Virus record (IMG/VR): IMGVR_UViG_3300045988_117831 | Reading direction: 5' to 3' (one strand) | Source of the DNA: a virus | DNA length: 64,000 nucleotides | Part shown: one piece after another, positions 7,391 through 20,324 of the stretch | Numbering within the stretch: position 1 is the stretch's first letter | Layout of the letters: each line of letters starts with the position of its first letter | Notes under the pieces: generated by a model | The model's input: only the letters and a program-made list of their open reading frames with translations | The model's database searches: none | Told to the model about the DNA's origin: nothing | Program-made: the position numbers and the translations under genes

Positions 7391-10279
7391 TTACGTTACC
7401 CGCTGGAATAGGGATGCCGAGTCGCCGTTGGTGGAGTCTCGGTTATACACATACCCCATGCAGCGCCAGGTGCCCGTCGGACGGGCGCTGCTGCGATAGG
7501 TCGAATCGCAGGACGAATAGAACAGCTTGGAACTGTCCATGATCGTTCCGGGGGCAATGGACGCTGCCGGCGCGGAGGTGTCCAATACGGCAAGGATCGC
7601 GTAGGAACCGACGCCGCCAAGACCTACCTGAACCAGCGCCTGGTTGATGTAGTTGTTGTAGTTGCCGGAGTGGATGATGGGATATGCTACGCCGCCCATT
7701 GTGCCGCCACCGATCTTTACCACGTTGTCCGCATCCAGGCCGAAGTTGACCTGATATTTCTGCGACGAATGGAACGTGATGGCGGCTGCGGTATTGGTGA
7801 CGCTGTTGTTTTCCACAACCAACGCACCGACCTGTCCGGTTGATGCGATTTCGGACGCCCCATAACTGAATATTGTAGGGGATGACGTCGTATTGCGAGC
7901 TGCCAAAGTCGCCTTGGTGTCTGGGTTGAAGTTTCCCGACCTCCAGATGGTCTGCCCGTTCCAGTTCGGCGCGGCAGCGTGGGATGACCACAGGCTCATG
8001 AGGTTGTTGGAGTCGGCAATCTCGAACGCGACGGCACCTAGAGAATAGCCGCCCCATTTCAGCTTGTTGTCCGTGTCCAGGCCGAACAGAACGCCTCGTG
8101 CCCCGTTACGAACAAACGAAATTACAGCAGCACGATTCCCGGTCGGCGTCGAAGCCTCATAGTTGAAGAACGACATAGCCGCGTCGCCATAACTTGTCAT
8201 GGCGGCTATCCCTACGTCCTTCGCGGCGCTGTTTACCATCCTGGTGTATTGGCTATCGTTGAATGCGCCCAACGTAAGCTTAGTGTTCGGATTGAAGTTC
8301 CACGGACCCCAGAACTCGACATTCCCCCAAATCGGGCGCGCAGCCATTGTGTTGATATGGGTTAGGATGTTGGATTCGTCGGTGATCACATAGGAGTTAT
8401 TGTCGAGCGACCAGCCGGCCCGCTTGAGCTGTCCATCCTTGTCCATGCCCAGATACCATCCGGTCTGGGAGTTGTCGAAATAGATCGCGGCAGGCTCACC
8501 GCCCCCTTTTCCGAAGATTTGAATGGCAGCATTGCCATAGGATGCCGTCGTGGAGCCGGAACCCCAGGTGTTCATGTTGCCGGTGTTGCCGTTGGTATTC
8601 CGAATCCCGGTTGGGCCGGCGATTTGGTTCGTGGCATTCACCGTCAACTTGGTGGAAGGATCGAAGTTCCCAGAATCCCAAGGGGTGTATTGACCGGCGA
8701 AGAGCGGACGGTTGTTGAATATGACGTTCGTGGACGCCCAGTCCCATCGCATGACCTGTGAACGATAGGAACCGTTCGGATTGGTGGTATTGACTGCGAT
8801 CACCGCGTTGTTGTTCGCGTCCACGCCTTGTGCAAAGGTGAATTTCCAACCGGGCTGATCGGCGGTGGTGTTCTGCCAAAGGGGGCCAGAGTTCGCGATG
8901 TACGCGAGGTTTTTCGCCACATCGAGTCGCGGCTGGAAGAAAGTCACGGAATTTCGGTTGAACAGGATGTCCTGGGTAGGCCCAGCAGACCCCTGCCTCG
9001 AATAGAAAGCCAGCGATCCGTCTGCTTCAGATATCAGCCGATAGTCAAAATCTTTGGCGCGATTGCTGTTGAAGTGGAAATCGATGAAAGGCCGAGCATC
9101 GGACAGCTCCAGATTGGCGAACCACGGCGTTGTATCTTGGATAGCGACGTTCGGCTTGTTGACGACATCCGTCCAATCCACTTCGGTGAGCTTTTGGGAC
9201 GCGACATAGTCTTTAACTTGCTTCCAACTCGGCGCCTGGTAGTCCTGATCGGCGTTGCCGACTTGGATGCGCGGCGCGCCTGCCAGAATCCTCCAGCGGT
9301 CGCCTGCTGCGTCGAAGACAAGCTCAGCGATGAGTCCTTGGCCAAGTTCGCCGCCAGTGAGAGGGAAGTTGGCCGCGCCGACGATGGCTTTGGCGCCGAG
9401 TCCGGAGACGTTGATGGTGGAGGCGCCGGTGTTCATGGTGTTGAACTTGACCCGAAGAATCATGCCATCCACCAGGCCGCCTTGGAGCTGCGGAACTAGC
9501 GTCAACGTGTAAGCGTTCGCCGATCCGGCCGCGACTCCATAGGTGACCCGACCTTGTTGGAGGGCCATGACATTTACTGCGTACATCCAGTTGGTCCAGG
9601 CCCCGGCATTAAGCCCGCGCACAGCGACGTTCCCGACGTGGTCAGTGTAGCGTTGAACGCAGAATGTATTGGACCCGGATATCCAGGATTTCGCCTCCAA
9701 CATTCCAGCTGCTGCACCAGCCGAAGCGGGATATACGGGGGCGTTCTGAGAAGCGACGACCACTGAATCAGAGAAGAACTCCCACGTCCCATTCAACAGG
9801 TCATTGAAGTTGCGGCCGGTCGTGATGACTTCTCCGCCAGAAGATAGGCCTGGGCCTCCAGCCGGCATCGGGATGCTGGAGCGCATCACCGACCAGGCGG
9901 GTTGTTCTTCCCAAGTCGTGCTGCTAAGAGGGTCGCTCGCATTGGCATTCACCATGGAACGATAGCGACGCATTATGCCGTCATTTCCGACGCGCACGAC
10001 TTCTGCATTCTGTTCGTAGCCGCCCGGCATGCCCTGAAACCACGGCGGCGCCATTTGACGCTGCCAGGCTTGCGCATTCTGGGTCGCGATGAAGAAGAGT
10101 TGGTTTTGAATCTTTCGCTCGACCGCTTTGGCCTGCGGGTTGTTCGACGCCAGGCTGATTTCGTAGTCCGGCGTGTAGCCGTCGCGAAGGTTAGCGAAGC
10201 CAGTGGAAGAAGTCTGCGGGATCGGGTCTTTGTCGCCCTGCGCAGCAAACGGACTGGGTATCAGTTCGGGTGTGATCAC
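7391..10279 (-). CDS. tail fibre protein
   Basis: 962 aa. Gly/Ser/Asn-rich with repeated ...GNFNP(D/S)TK... segments. Follows the baseplate genes. Confidence 0.8.
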   Translation of the reverse strand: MITPELIPSPFAAQGDKDPIPQTSSTGFANLRDGYTPDYEISLASNNPQAKAVERKIQNQLFFIATQNAQAWQRQMAPPWFQGMPGGYEQNAEVVRVGNDGIMRRYRSMVNANASDPLSSTTWEEQPAWSVMRSSIPMPAGGPGLSSGGEVITTGRNFNDLLNGTWEFFSDSVVVASQNAPVYPASAGAAAGMLEAKSWISGSNTFCVQRYTDHVGNVAVRGLNAGAWTNWMYAVNVMALQQGRVTYGVAAGSANAYTLTLVPQLQGGLVDGMILRVKFNTMNTGASTINVSGLGAKAIVGAANFPLTGGELGQGLIAELVFDAAGDRWRILAGAPRIQVGNADQDYQAPSWKQVKDYVASQKLTEVDWTDVVNKPNVAIQDTTPWFANLELSDARPFIDFHFNSNRAKDFDYRLISEADGSLAFYSRQGSAGPTQDILFNRNSVTFFQPRLDVAKNLAYIANSGPLWQNTTADQPGWKFTFAQGVDANNNAVIAVNTTNPNGSYRSQVMRWDWASTNVIFNNRPLFAGQYTPWDSGNFDPSTKLTVNATNQIAGPTGIRNTNGNTGNMNTWGSGSTTASYGNAAIQIFGKGGGEPAAIYFDNSQTGWYLGMDKDGQLKRAGWSLDNNSYVITDESNILTHINTMAARPIWGNVEFWGPWNFNPNTKLTLGAFNDSQYTRMVNSAAKDVGIAAMTSYGDAAMSFFNYEASTPTGNRAAVISFVRNGARGVLFGLDTDNKLKWGGYSLGAVAFEIADSNNLMSLWSSHAAAPNWNGQTIWRSGNFNPDTKATLAARNTTSSPTIFSYGASEIASTGQVGALVVENNSVTNTAAAITFHSSQKYQVNFGLDADNVVKIGGGTMGGVAYPIIHSGNYNNYINQALVQVGLGGVGSYAILAVLDTSAPAASIAPGTIMDSSKLFYSSCDSTYRSSARPTGTWRCMGYVYNRDSTNGDSASLFQRVT

Positions 10280-10283
10280 GTCA

Positions 10284-11794
10284 TTACTCCTGAATGACTT
10301 TTACATCGCAACCGGCGCAAGTCGGCATGATACCAACTGCCCGGTCATTCATGAGGTTGATCAATTGCGGCGACAAATTAAGCGCCGGACCAACTCTGTA
10401 TTCTAGCTTGAACGCCCCACTAGTGGGTAGGCCGATGTATGCAGGACTGGACAAATTGAATGTATCTTGAATCCCATCCCCTACTGCGAATCTGGCCGGC
10501 TCGGCCGCAGTCCCACCTTTCCAGTCTCCAGTCCAATACGCTTCGGCTCCAGTCGGAAGAGGCTGGGTGAACTTGACCGTTCCGGTTTGGATGTTCTGCA
10601 GAACATAATCAGTGATGGTGGCAGGGGTTCCGGTGGTCGCCAAGTATCCAGTTGGAGTATCACCCAGTTCGATCTGAGCGCCCCAGATAAGCACGTCAAT
10701 CGCCGCGCTGGAATTCGAATCAATCCAGCTGAAGTTGGTTTCTGCCGGAGCGACGTAAGCAGCGCGGAACGAAGAACTGACGGTTTTGGTCGTGAGAACG
10801 CAACGCCACCAGCCATCTTCCAAACGAATCATGCGAGCGCTTACCACGCTGCTGTCCAACATCTGATCGCTGATCACGTTCCCGGAATCCAGGTCGAAAA
10901 CGGCATCGGCTCGACTGGGGAAATCGGCAGCCGATTGGACTGCAATGAAACGGGTGGATCCGGCTTTCGCGAAGAACGAAAACGTTACAGTGCTACCGGA
11001 TCCCAGCGGCCCATCTATCGGCGCGGAGACGTAGGCGGTACTCCCGGCCGGCTTAGTAAGCTTGCACACCGTAGCGGAGCCGTCCGGGGCCGTAGCGGAC
11101 GCCGTTTCGACCGTTACCGGACGGCCGCTCGCGGCCGGATCGACTCCTGGCCAATCGGCGTCGCTGGCAGGAGTCGATATCAGCACATGGTTCGTCCTGG
11201 GCGAGCTAGACAATAAAACCATCCCTTCCCAATCTTTCCGATATACGGCCAAATCCTCCACAGGACCATTCTCGCCGGTCGAGTCCATGAGGTAGAAGTA
11301 CAACCCGGCCGCCTCGTCCCACGGCTCATCATCGTTGAAGATATACCGAAGCATGCGATTGATATATGCAATCGAGCCGTTCGAAATCAGCGCTACATAT
11401 CTTAGCTGAAGCACTTTCCTGATTTCGTCCAAGTTGAGAATTTCGGCATTGCCGCCACCGTAGAAGTTGCCGCCAGGCGATGCGTCTGCCGGTGGCGGGA
11501 CTTGTGTACCGCTATAGATGAAGTTCTGGCGTAGCCGACCGAATGCCCAAGAACTGTTTTTTGGATAAAGGCCGAACCCTTTCGAAGGCGTGCCGAGGAT
11601 GATGCACCAAACCATAAGGCCGAACGGGTTGGCGGTCTTCAAGTTGAAAACGTCGCGCTCCCAGTTGGCCCAGAATTGGCGGCTGAATCTGTCATACCAT
11701 TGCGCCTTTCTCTGGATCAGGCCGGTGATTCCAGGCGCCTGGTTATGGAGCCATTTCAGAGCTTGTTGGATGTCCGAATTGTACGCAGGCAGAG

Positions 11795-11798
<4 letters not shown>
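10284..11798 (-). CDS. baseplate/tail protein, P2 gpI-like N-terminus with a long C-terminal extension
   Basis: 504 aa. The N-terminal region (LPAYNSDIQQALKWL...LRQNFIYSGT...) resembles the phage tail protein I family. Sits between baseplate J and the fibre, as in P2. Confidence 0.5.
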
Positions 11799-13793
<1,995 letters not shown>

Positions 13794-13817
13794 CTAGTAT
13801 AGCCTTCCCAGGCCCGG

Positions 13818-14357
13818 TTAGGAATTATCCTTTTTGATTCTGTTGTGCGATGCTTCGGACGCCAAGGCCTCGTTCACGCTCTTCGCCGTCATGATGTCTA
13901 TCATCTTAAACGCATCTTGAGTCGAATAATACTCTTCCAACTCGCGCATAGAGGCTGAGCCGTTCGCGACCAAGCTCGCAACTACAGAAGGTGAATGTGC
14001 CGTCTTCACGCTTTTGATATCTTCGACAAATCTGGATGGAATCTTGACTCCGGTCCAGTCTTTGAGAAAACCAAAGTTCCAGTCGATTACCACTTCGGAC
14101 AGAAGTGCAAGAACTTGTACGGGAGCTATTACTTTCGCTCGATCAACGACATAAAGATTGATGTTCGCAGCAGTCAATGGAAGCCAGATGCCTTCCGGAT
14201 GGTCTTCCGGATGCGCCAATACATCAGTACCCTTGAGCAATTCTTCTGGCGGCACGTTCTGAATTTCCGACATCATGCTGAGCCCATCGACAGCAGAGAA
14301 TTGCCGCGAAGTATAGTGAACTCCGAACATGTTGAATGATTTGATTTCCCTGGCCAT
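13818..14357 (-). CDS. hypothetical tail/baseplate protein
   Basis: 179 aa in the tail operon. Confidence 0.5.
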   Translation of the reverse strand: MAREIKSFNMFGVHYTSRQFSAVDGLSMMSEIQNVPPEELLKGTDVLAHPEDHPEGIWLPLTAANINLYVVDRAKVIAPVQVLALLSEVVIDWNFGFLKDWTGVKIPSRFVEDIKSVKTAHSPSVVASLVANGSASMRELEEYYSTQDAFKMIDIMTAKSVNEALASEASHNRIKKDNS

Positions 14358-15220
14358 TATGCTGCTGGACTCCCCATGACTTTGATATAGAACGGCCGAT
14401 CCCGACTGGCCAAATCGTATTCCAGAGCAGTTATTACATAGTTACCATTAACACTTGGATTCATGAGAGATTCGACCGCTACGCCTCCAGCCACACGAAT
14501 CGATGGCTCAAACAGACACTGGAATTCCACGCCCCATTCAGACAAAGATGGAATTCCAACAAACGAGTTGACGTTGGTCACCTCATCCGGACGAATGACT
14601 TTATCGCGGTCCTTCACGATCAATATGTCATCATCGACGAACGCGGCCACGTCCGGCATGTACATATCCTGAATCGACGCCAGGATTGCCGACGCGACAG
14701 TGATAGACCGGCCCGGATTCTTCAGAACTTGATCGTTGTAACTGGTATCGCAGATGAAGTTCAATCCCATTTCGTTCGCGCCCCACTCGACGAACTTGAC
14801 AAACGTCGTGTTGGCGGGCGGCATATTCCGAATGGTCTTCGTCCTGTCGATTTGCCTGGTATAGCACTGGATGCGGATTCCAATGTCAGGTGGCGGAGAA
14901 ATGATATCGACAATGGCAACTTCGCCGACAAAGACTCTGGAAACTTGCTCGCGCCCCTGGTCAGAGTAGCCGGCTTCCACCGACACCTTGATCATCAATT
15001 CATCTTCCCTGCCCACTTGACGTTGCCGGTGCTTCCACGCGGTGAACTGCGACAGAAGAGACTCGCGCAGCTGAGTGGTGAGGCCGAAAATTTCCATCGT
15101 CGCCCGGTTCTGAATCCGCAACGCAGCCTTCATAATCCGGACCCGAACATCCAGATCTTCGCGGATGACTTCGGGTCCATAAGGCATGTTGAATGTTACT
15201 CGCAGAATTCTCTTTTTCAT
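14357..15220 (-). CDS. putative baseplate hub / tail protein
   Basis: 287 aa. Immediately downstream of the tape-measure gene with an ATGA overlap. Confidence 0.45.
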   Translation of the reverse strand: MKKRILRVTFNMPYGPEVIREDLDVRVRIMKAALRIQNRATMEIFGLTTQLRESLLSQFTAWKHRQRQVGREDELMIKVSVEAGYSDQGREQVSRVFVGEVAIVDIISPPPDIGIRIQCYTRQIDRTKTIRNMPPANTTFVKFVEWGANEMGLNFICDTSYNDQVLKNPGRSITVASAILASIQDMYMPDVAAFVDDDILIVKDRDKVIRPDEVTNVNSFVGIPSLSEWGVEFQCLFEPSIRVAGGVAVESLMNPSVNGNYVITALEYDLASRDRPFYIKVMGSPAA

Positions 15221-17796
15221 CAGTAGAGTATCTTAGTTGCGGAATCGTTTTGAGCGTCCTGGATTGCCGTAGTCAGCTGGTCTGCAGTCTGCTTGCTGAA
15301 TATCTCACGAGCCTCTTCCGGAGAATTCGCGCCGGTGACGTTGACCAACATGTCGATCCGACCGATGGTCAGCTCCTGGCCGCGCTCTGGAGCGCTCTTC
15401 AGAAGTTGCTCGCCGTACGTCCTGAGAATATCCATTTCTCGCGATGCGGCGTTCACCTTGGCCGTGGCTTCGGCAAGCTTGGCTGGAGACAGGAATACGT
15501 TGTTGGCTTCGGTCGCGGCGGCCTTGATCTCCTGTTGCTTGCCCAGGATGGCTTGGTTGTATCCGAACAGTAAGTCAGAACGGCTGATTTCGCGGCGCAT
15601 GATCTGGTTGGGGTTAACGCCGATCACTTGCGCGATGGCTCCTGCAGTGAGTTGAGCCTGGATGTTCTGCTTGGTCTCGCCGCGAACTTGATTCGGGAAC
15701 TTCCGGAATCCAGAATCTGCCCGGTCGGCCTCTTGACGTCTAGACATCTTGAGGATTTCGCCGTCGCTGCGGTCTGGCATGCGGTCGATGATGCGAATTT
15801 CCGGTCGCACAACCCTGTCGTCATATCGACGGGCTTCGCGGCGCTCATCTTCCTTCTTGCCCTGGTCTGGGGTTTCCAGTCGCCCGCCATCATAGGGACG
15901 AATGTCCATGTCGCCGCCTTCCGGGGCGAACGTCTCGTTGGCGACGGTCATGGCCGCAGCCTTCTGCTTGCGCTGAGCCTCTTCCATCAGCTCGATTGGA
16001 GCGCTCATTACCAAACCCGGATATGCGCGAGTCCTTGGGCCCCAGTTCTTCGGATCGAGTCCGCCATGATAGTATGTCAAGGCCAACCGCATGTCGCCAT
16101 TTGCTCGATCTAGGTTTTCACGCAGTAGGCGCGTTCCGCCGAGGATGTTCTGGCGAGGGTCATATACGTCAGTGATACCATACGCCTTGGCGATTTCCGG
16201 CATCAGTTGCATGAGGCCTTTCGCTCCGGCTTCGCTGGTGGCCCTGGCGTTGAATCGGCTTTCGGTGTATATGAGTTTCTTGATGTCCAGCTCAGGAATG
16301 TTGTACATCTTCGAAGCATCTTTGATGATATCGTTGATGTACGATGGAACGGTGACCGGCTCTGCCTTGCGCTGCGGCGAGAACATGCGATTGCGAAGAG
16401 ACTGGGCGCCGATTGGCTCGCCGAAGACTTGTCCGGCCGCGCCACTCTTCGACTGATCATAGATCGCGTGCGGATAGACGCCGGTTGCCCGCGAAGTCGG
16501 CGCGGTGCTTCCCATACCGACCGCCCGACCAATTTCCCCCGCCCAGGCTGCCCAAGCTTGGCGCTCGTCAACGGCATTCGCGAACGACGATACCGCGCCA
16601 CTGAACATGTTGATCGCCACCGCAAAATCATTGGTAGACTTCGTGGTCTGGTCAGCCAGCTTCTCTAGCTCTTTCATGGACTTAGTAGCCTTGTCCTGGT
16701 CTTCTTGTTTCTTGGCCAGGTCTTCGCTGGTTTGAGCGCCGGGAACCTTGTCCTTGTCGATGAGCCCTGATTCTTCCATGCCGCGACGAGTCCCCCACGC
16801 TGCCAGGCGACCGAGCAGGGCGCCGGGGCTGAGGAGGGATAGGATATCACTGCCAACGGTCGCCTTCCCGAGCACTCCATCTTCCCAACGGGATTTGGTG
16901 TCCTTCGCGAAGCTTTCCACTTCATTGGGAATAGCCTGGACTATCTTGTCGATGATTTCGATCAGCTTGGTGAACGCAGGCGCGAGCTTTTCGCCGACTC
17001 GGTTTTCCAGGGTGGTGAACGTCTGGTTGAGATTCGCCAGAGCATCGTTGAATTTCTGAATGTTGGACTCGCCCTGGACCCTGGACTGGAGTTCCGCAGT
17101 CGTCATCTCGGTGACTTTTCCCATGGCCGGGCCGATCTTAGCCAGGGTGCTCAGGTAGTCTCGCGAGACGCCAAGGGCATCAGCGTAGGCAGAAATTTCG
17201 TCCGGCTTCAGCTTGGCCATTTTCGTGGCCAGATCAGTAATGATGTCGTTGAGCGGCCGCATGCCCTTTTGGAAGCTCCCGACATCAACGCCGGCCATAC
17301 GCAGAATTCGCGCTTCCGGGCCGACTCGCCCGATATCGCGATAAGCACGCCGGAAAGTGTCTGCCAGATTTTTGGTCATCTCCGCGCCCTGCTCGCGGCT
17401 GATGGTTCCACCGGACTGGCGAACGAATTTTCTCTGGTACTCTTCCAAGCGTGCCGGGGCGATGCCGATGTCCATCGCCTGGATGCGCTGCTGATTGTAC
17501 TGGTCCCTGGTGTTCATGAACGCCTTGACGCCGGCCGCGACCAGGGCCACGCCAGTGGCGCCTATCGCCAGTTGCGCGTTCATCCCGCGAATCGCGCTCG
17601 TCACAGAATCGATCTGCGGAACGACTCGGCCGAGTTCAGTGGCCGCGCCGTCTGCGAAGTGGCGCAAATCCTGAAGGCCACTCGTCGATGCGCTGTTCAC
17701 GCGCCTGATCTGGTTCTGGAGGCGCTCCAGATTGCGCTCGGCTCTGGCAGTATCGGCCTCATACCGAAGTATGAATTCATCCAAATCACTAGACAT
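15220..17796 (-). CDS. tail tape-measure protein with internal soluble lytic transglycosylase (SLT) domain
   Basis: 858 aa and largely alpha-helical. SLT motif ...YTESRFNARATSEAGAKGLMQLMPEIAKAYGI... is encoded around 16086-16314. Confidence 0.85.
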   Translation of the reverse strand: MSSDLDEFILRYEADTARAERNLERLQNQIRRVNSASTSGLQDLRHFADGAATELGRVVPQIDSVTSAIRGMNAQLAIGATGVALVAAGVKAFMNTRDQYNQQRIQAMDIGIAPARLEEYQRKFVRQSGGTISREQGAEMTKNLADTFRRAYRDIGRVGPEARILRMAGVDVGSFQKGMRPLNDIITDLATKMAKLKPDEISAYADALGVSRDYLSTLAKIGPAMGKVTEMTTAELQSRVQGESNIQKFNDALANLNQTFTTLENRVGEKLAPAFTKLIEIIDKIVQAIPNEVESFAKDTKSRWEDGVLGKATVGSDILSLLSPGALLGRLAAWGTRRGMEESGLIDKDKVPGAQTSEDLAKKQEDQDKATKSMKELEKLADQTTKSTNDFAVAINMFSGAVSSFANAVDERQAWAAWAGEIGRAVGMGSTAPTSRATGVYPHAIYDQSKSGAAGQVFGEPIGAQSLRNRMFSPQRKAEPVTVPSYINDIIKDASKMYNIPELDIKKLIYTESRFNARATSEAGAKGLMQLMPEIAKAYGITDVYDPRQNILGGTRLLRENLDRANGDMRLALTYYHGGLDPKNWGPRTRAYPGLVMSAPIELMEEAQRKQKAAAMTVANETFAPEGGDMDIRPYDGGRLETPDQGKKEDERREARRYDDRVVRPEIRIIDRMPDRSDGEILKMSRRQEADRADSGFRKFPNQVRGETKQNIQAQLTAGAIAQVIGVNPNQIMRREISRSDLLFGYNQAILGKQQEIKAAATEANNVFLSPAKLAEATAKVNAASREMDILRTYGEQLLKSAPERGQELTIGRIDMLVNVTGANSPEEAREIFSKQTADQLTTAIQDAQNDSATKILY

Positions 17797-17799
17797 GAA

Positions 17800-18228
17800 T
17801 CACTCCGGCTTGTTGGCGAGTCCTTCGGCGATCTTCATTGCTGGACCAATGAGCTTGGACGCCTCGGCCAGAAATGCGATGGCCATCTGCGATCCGACTT
17901 GTTCCCAATAGTCCGGCCGGTCGGCGTGCGTGGCCGGGTCGATGCCATTGTGCTTGAGAACAGAGTTGAAAACCAGTTCCACGTTCTTCCAGTGGCCGAG
18001 GTGGTTGTTGATGACTGCCGCGGTGGTCAGCGGAATGCCGGTGTCATCGTCGCCAAGCAGCACTTTCGCATAGCCCAGGATTTCCATGGTGAAAGAGCGG
18101 CGGAAGTCGGAATCTTGGCTGACAGCGAATTCGACGAAACGGCGCTGGAGTTCCCAGCCATCCAATGCCGACCACGCCTCGATTTGTACGCGAGTTTGAC
18201 GGCCATCGGGAAGATTGATTTCAAGCAT
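17800..18228 (-). CDS. hypothetical protein (tail assembly region)
   Basis: 142 aa between the tube genes and the tape-measure gene. Confidence 0.5.
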   Translation of the reverse strand: MLEINLPDGRQTRVQIEAWSALDGWELQRRFVEFAVSQDSDFRRSFTMEILGYAKVLLGDDDTGIPLTTAAVINNHLGHWKNVELVFNSVLKHNGIDPATHADRPDYWEQVGSQMAIAFLAEASKLIGPAMKIAEGLANKPE

Positions 18229-18237
18229 GATACATCC

Positions 18238-18831
18238 TCAGAAGTAGCTGGTCACGCGATTATATAGCGATTTTGCGGCCGAAGATATCGAATCGCCGAT
18301 GGCGCCCAAATCCAGCAAATTAGCATCAGAAAGAGATTGAATCTGTACCCCATAAGTCGGACTATCTTGAGGGAACGCAGGATCGAATTTATTCAATACT
18401 GGAGGCTCAACCTGCTCGAATTCCATATTGATCTCAGCCGCGTTCAACATGTCTGGAGACTGATCTACATCGAGCGCCATGATGGCCATTTTATCGGCCA
18501 ATATCGACTTAGAAGTGATAGCGAAAGTCGAGGTGTTATCATTGAAGGCGTTCATGATACTTTCAACGGTGGACAGGTCCGGACAGATAGCATTGATGCG
18601 GAGTCGCACCGGTTGGATGATCTTTCCATTCTTCACATCAATGTCCAGAGCTTCGGTGTACACTTGAGCTTCCGTCTGGTCTTTCGTCGCCAGAGGTTTC
18701 GACACTACGGAAGCCGGCGAGTAAATTTCCACTTTCTTGACTTGAAGACTCTTCCAGACAGGAAGTTTGGTGACATCATCGCGTATGGTGAGAGTAGGCG
18801 TGTTGAGAATAGACTTGAGGAAAGAGTTCAA
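18238..18831 (-). CDS. hypothetical protein (tail assembly region)
   Basis: 197 aa. Confidence 0.5.
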   Translation of the reverse strand: MNSFLKSILNTPTLTIRDDVTKLPVWKSLQVKKVEIYSPASVVSKPLATKDQTEAQVYTEALDIDVKNGKIIQPVRLRINAICPDLSTVESIMNAFNDNTSTFAITSKSILADKMAIMALDVDQSPDMLNAAEINMEFEQVEPPVLNKFDPAFPQDSPTYGVQIQSLSDANLLDLGAIGDSISSAAKSLYNRVTSYF

Positions 18832-18839
18832 TTGGCACC

Positions 18840-19379
18840 TCAGAACAAGTCTGCGGCGTTCTGGACGCCGTTCACTGCGTAGTCGAACAGATCGCCGGCC
18901 GAGCCAACCACGTCTTCAGCTAGGGCCAGCCCTCGGTCGATCATAGAAGAGTCCCCTGCATTTCTGAATATTATAGGCTTGGGATTCTGGACGAGAACTT
19001 GGGAGAATGTCAGCCGCGCAGGAGTCGCCGATATCATATCCGGAGTCTGATTGAGCGCTTCGCTGGTACACATCATCCGTTCGAATACCATGCCGCGAGT
19101 GATGACTTTGTACAGTGTGTCGCGATCCAGGAGCAATTGATTGATCTGATCGACGACATCAATTGAAGGGCAAAATACTTCGACGATGATTTCCATAGGG
19201 TGGATCGTTCTGGAATCCATCTTGGTCGTACCATCTTCCAGCATGTGGCGTTGCCCTACAGAAGAAAACCGGGTGTTGGCCCGGCTTATCCTCAAATCCG
19301 CAGCAACTAGCTGGTTTGTGTTTTGGTCCACAATCGAAAAAGATCGCGAACTTAGGAGGCTGGTGAAAATCCCCAACAT
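18840..19379 (-). CDS. hypothetical protein
   Basis: 179 aa. ATGA overlap with the upstream gene. Confidence 0.5.
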   Translation of the reverse strand: MLGIFTSLLSSRSFSIVDQNTNQLVAADLRISRANTRFSSVGQRHMLEDGTTKMDSRTIHPMEIIVEVFCPSIDVVDQINQLLLDRDTLYKVITRGMVFERMMCTSEALNQTPDMISATPARLTFSQVLVQNPKPIIFRNAGDSSMIDRGLALAEDVVGSAGDLFDYAVNGVQNAADLF

Positions 19380-19882
19380 CAGACCACCTCCAGTACCGAT
19401 TGGATAACGTTAGAAATGGCTTGACGCGCAGTCTGGGCGCCAAGATAGCTACCGAAAACAAAAGTGTACGTGTTGCCTTTGCGTCGTCCGTTGTTCTGTA
19501 TGGTGTCGATGGCCGGACCCTTGATGATAGTCCCATTGGACAGAACGGTGCGGCCGCCATCAGGAAGAGTGGCCACGAGAGTCGTCATATCCGGGATGAT
19601 GCCCGGAAGAAATCGGAATGATCCCTTTTTGGAATTGAGAAGGATGCGAAGGTTAATATCATCCTCGCTCCCTGCGATGACGGATACAGATACTTCCAGA
19701 GGAGCAGCCTTGTCAAAGGCGAATAGGCCGCCGTCATAAAGCATCTCATATCCGAACGGCTCCAGCTCTTTGGAGGATATCGGACTCTCATCATCAGCGA
19801 ACTTCGACAAGGAAAACCCCATCGGGAACGATGAGGCGGAAACTATTACAATTCCTGTGCCGAAGCCGCTGACGTTGATCAT
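19379..19882 (-). CDS. tail tube-like protein, paralog of 20995..21447
   Basis: 167 aa. N-terminus MINVSGFGTGIV...FPMGFSLSKFADDESPI parallels MINISAFGSICQ...FPNGFTVTEFADDADPI of the gene just after the sheath. Confidence 0.55.
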   Translation of the reverse strand: MINVSGFGTGIVIVSASSFPMGFSLSKFADDESPISSKELEPFGYEMLYDGGLFAFDKAAPLEVSVSVIAGSEDDINLRILLNSKKGSFRFLPGIIPDMTTLVATLPDGGRTVLSNGTIIKGPAIDTIQNNGRRKGNTYTFVFGSYLGAQTARQAISNVIQSVLEVV

Positions 19883-19891
19883 GTCGAGTCC

Positions 19892-20323
19892 TTACTTGCT
19901 GGTGGTTTTGCGAGAGGTGGCCTTGGCGGGAGCCGGGGCTTCCTCTTCAGCGGCCGGCGAGGCCGTTTCCTCGGCCTTTTCTACTGGGGCGGTAGTCGGG
20001 GCTTCCTCAGCGCCTTTCTCGTCGCCTTGGCCCGCTGCAGGAGCTTCCTGGGCGCCTTCCGGGGCCGATTCGGCCGCAGGAGCGTCGGTCGATACCGGAG
20101 CCGGGATGGTTCCGCCGTTGTCGACATTGGAATCGACGTTTACCGGGGGAACGGGAAGACCGGCCGGCGAGGAGTCGCCCTTGTCGGTGTTCTTTTCGCG
20201 GTCCAGGCCTTCCAGATCTTCGACAGACGGGTTAAACGAGGGCAGCGGGTCCAGGGGCGGCGGATTTTTGCCGTCCAGGAACAGTTGGGTGCCGTTGGCG
20301 TATTGGATGCGGATGGTACTCAT
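19892..20323 (-). CDS. hypothetical protein with Ala/Pro/Glu-rich low-complexity C-terminus
   Basis: Start MSTIRIQ, preceded by AGGAG and the upstream TGA. The listed 159-aa ORF extends further 5' with no RBS. Confidence 0.5.
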   Translation of the reverse strand: MSTIRIQYANGTQLFLDGKNPPPLDPLPSFNPSVEDLEGLDREKNTDKGDSSPAGLPVPPVNVDSNVDNGGTIPAPVSTDAPAAESAPEGAQEAPAAGQGDEKGAEEAPTTAPVEKAEETASPAAEEEAPAPAKATSRKTTSK

Positions 20324-20324
20324 T

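Noticed and set aside
15193-17059. Multiple + strand ORFs (15193..15573, 15628..16113, 16207..16668 and others) inside the tape-measure gene
   Set aside because: They are antisense to an 858-aa ORF with an SLT motif. None has an RBS, and their composition is Arg/Ser/Pro-rich.
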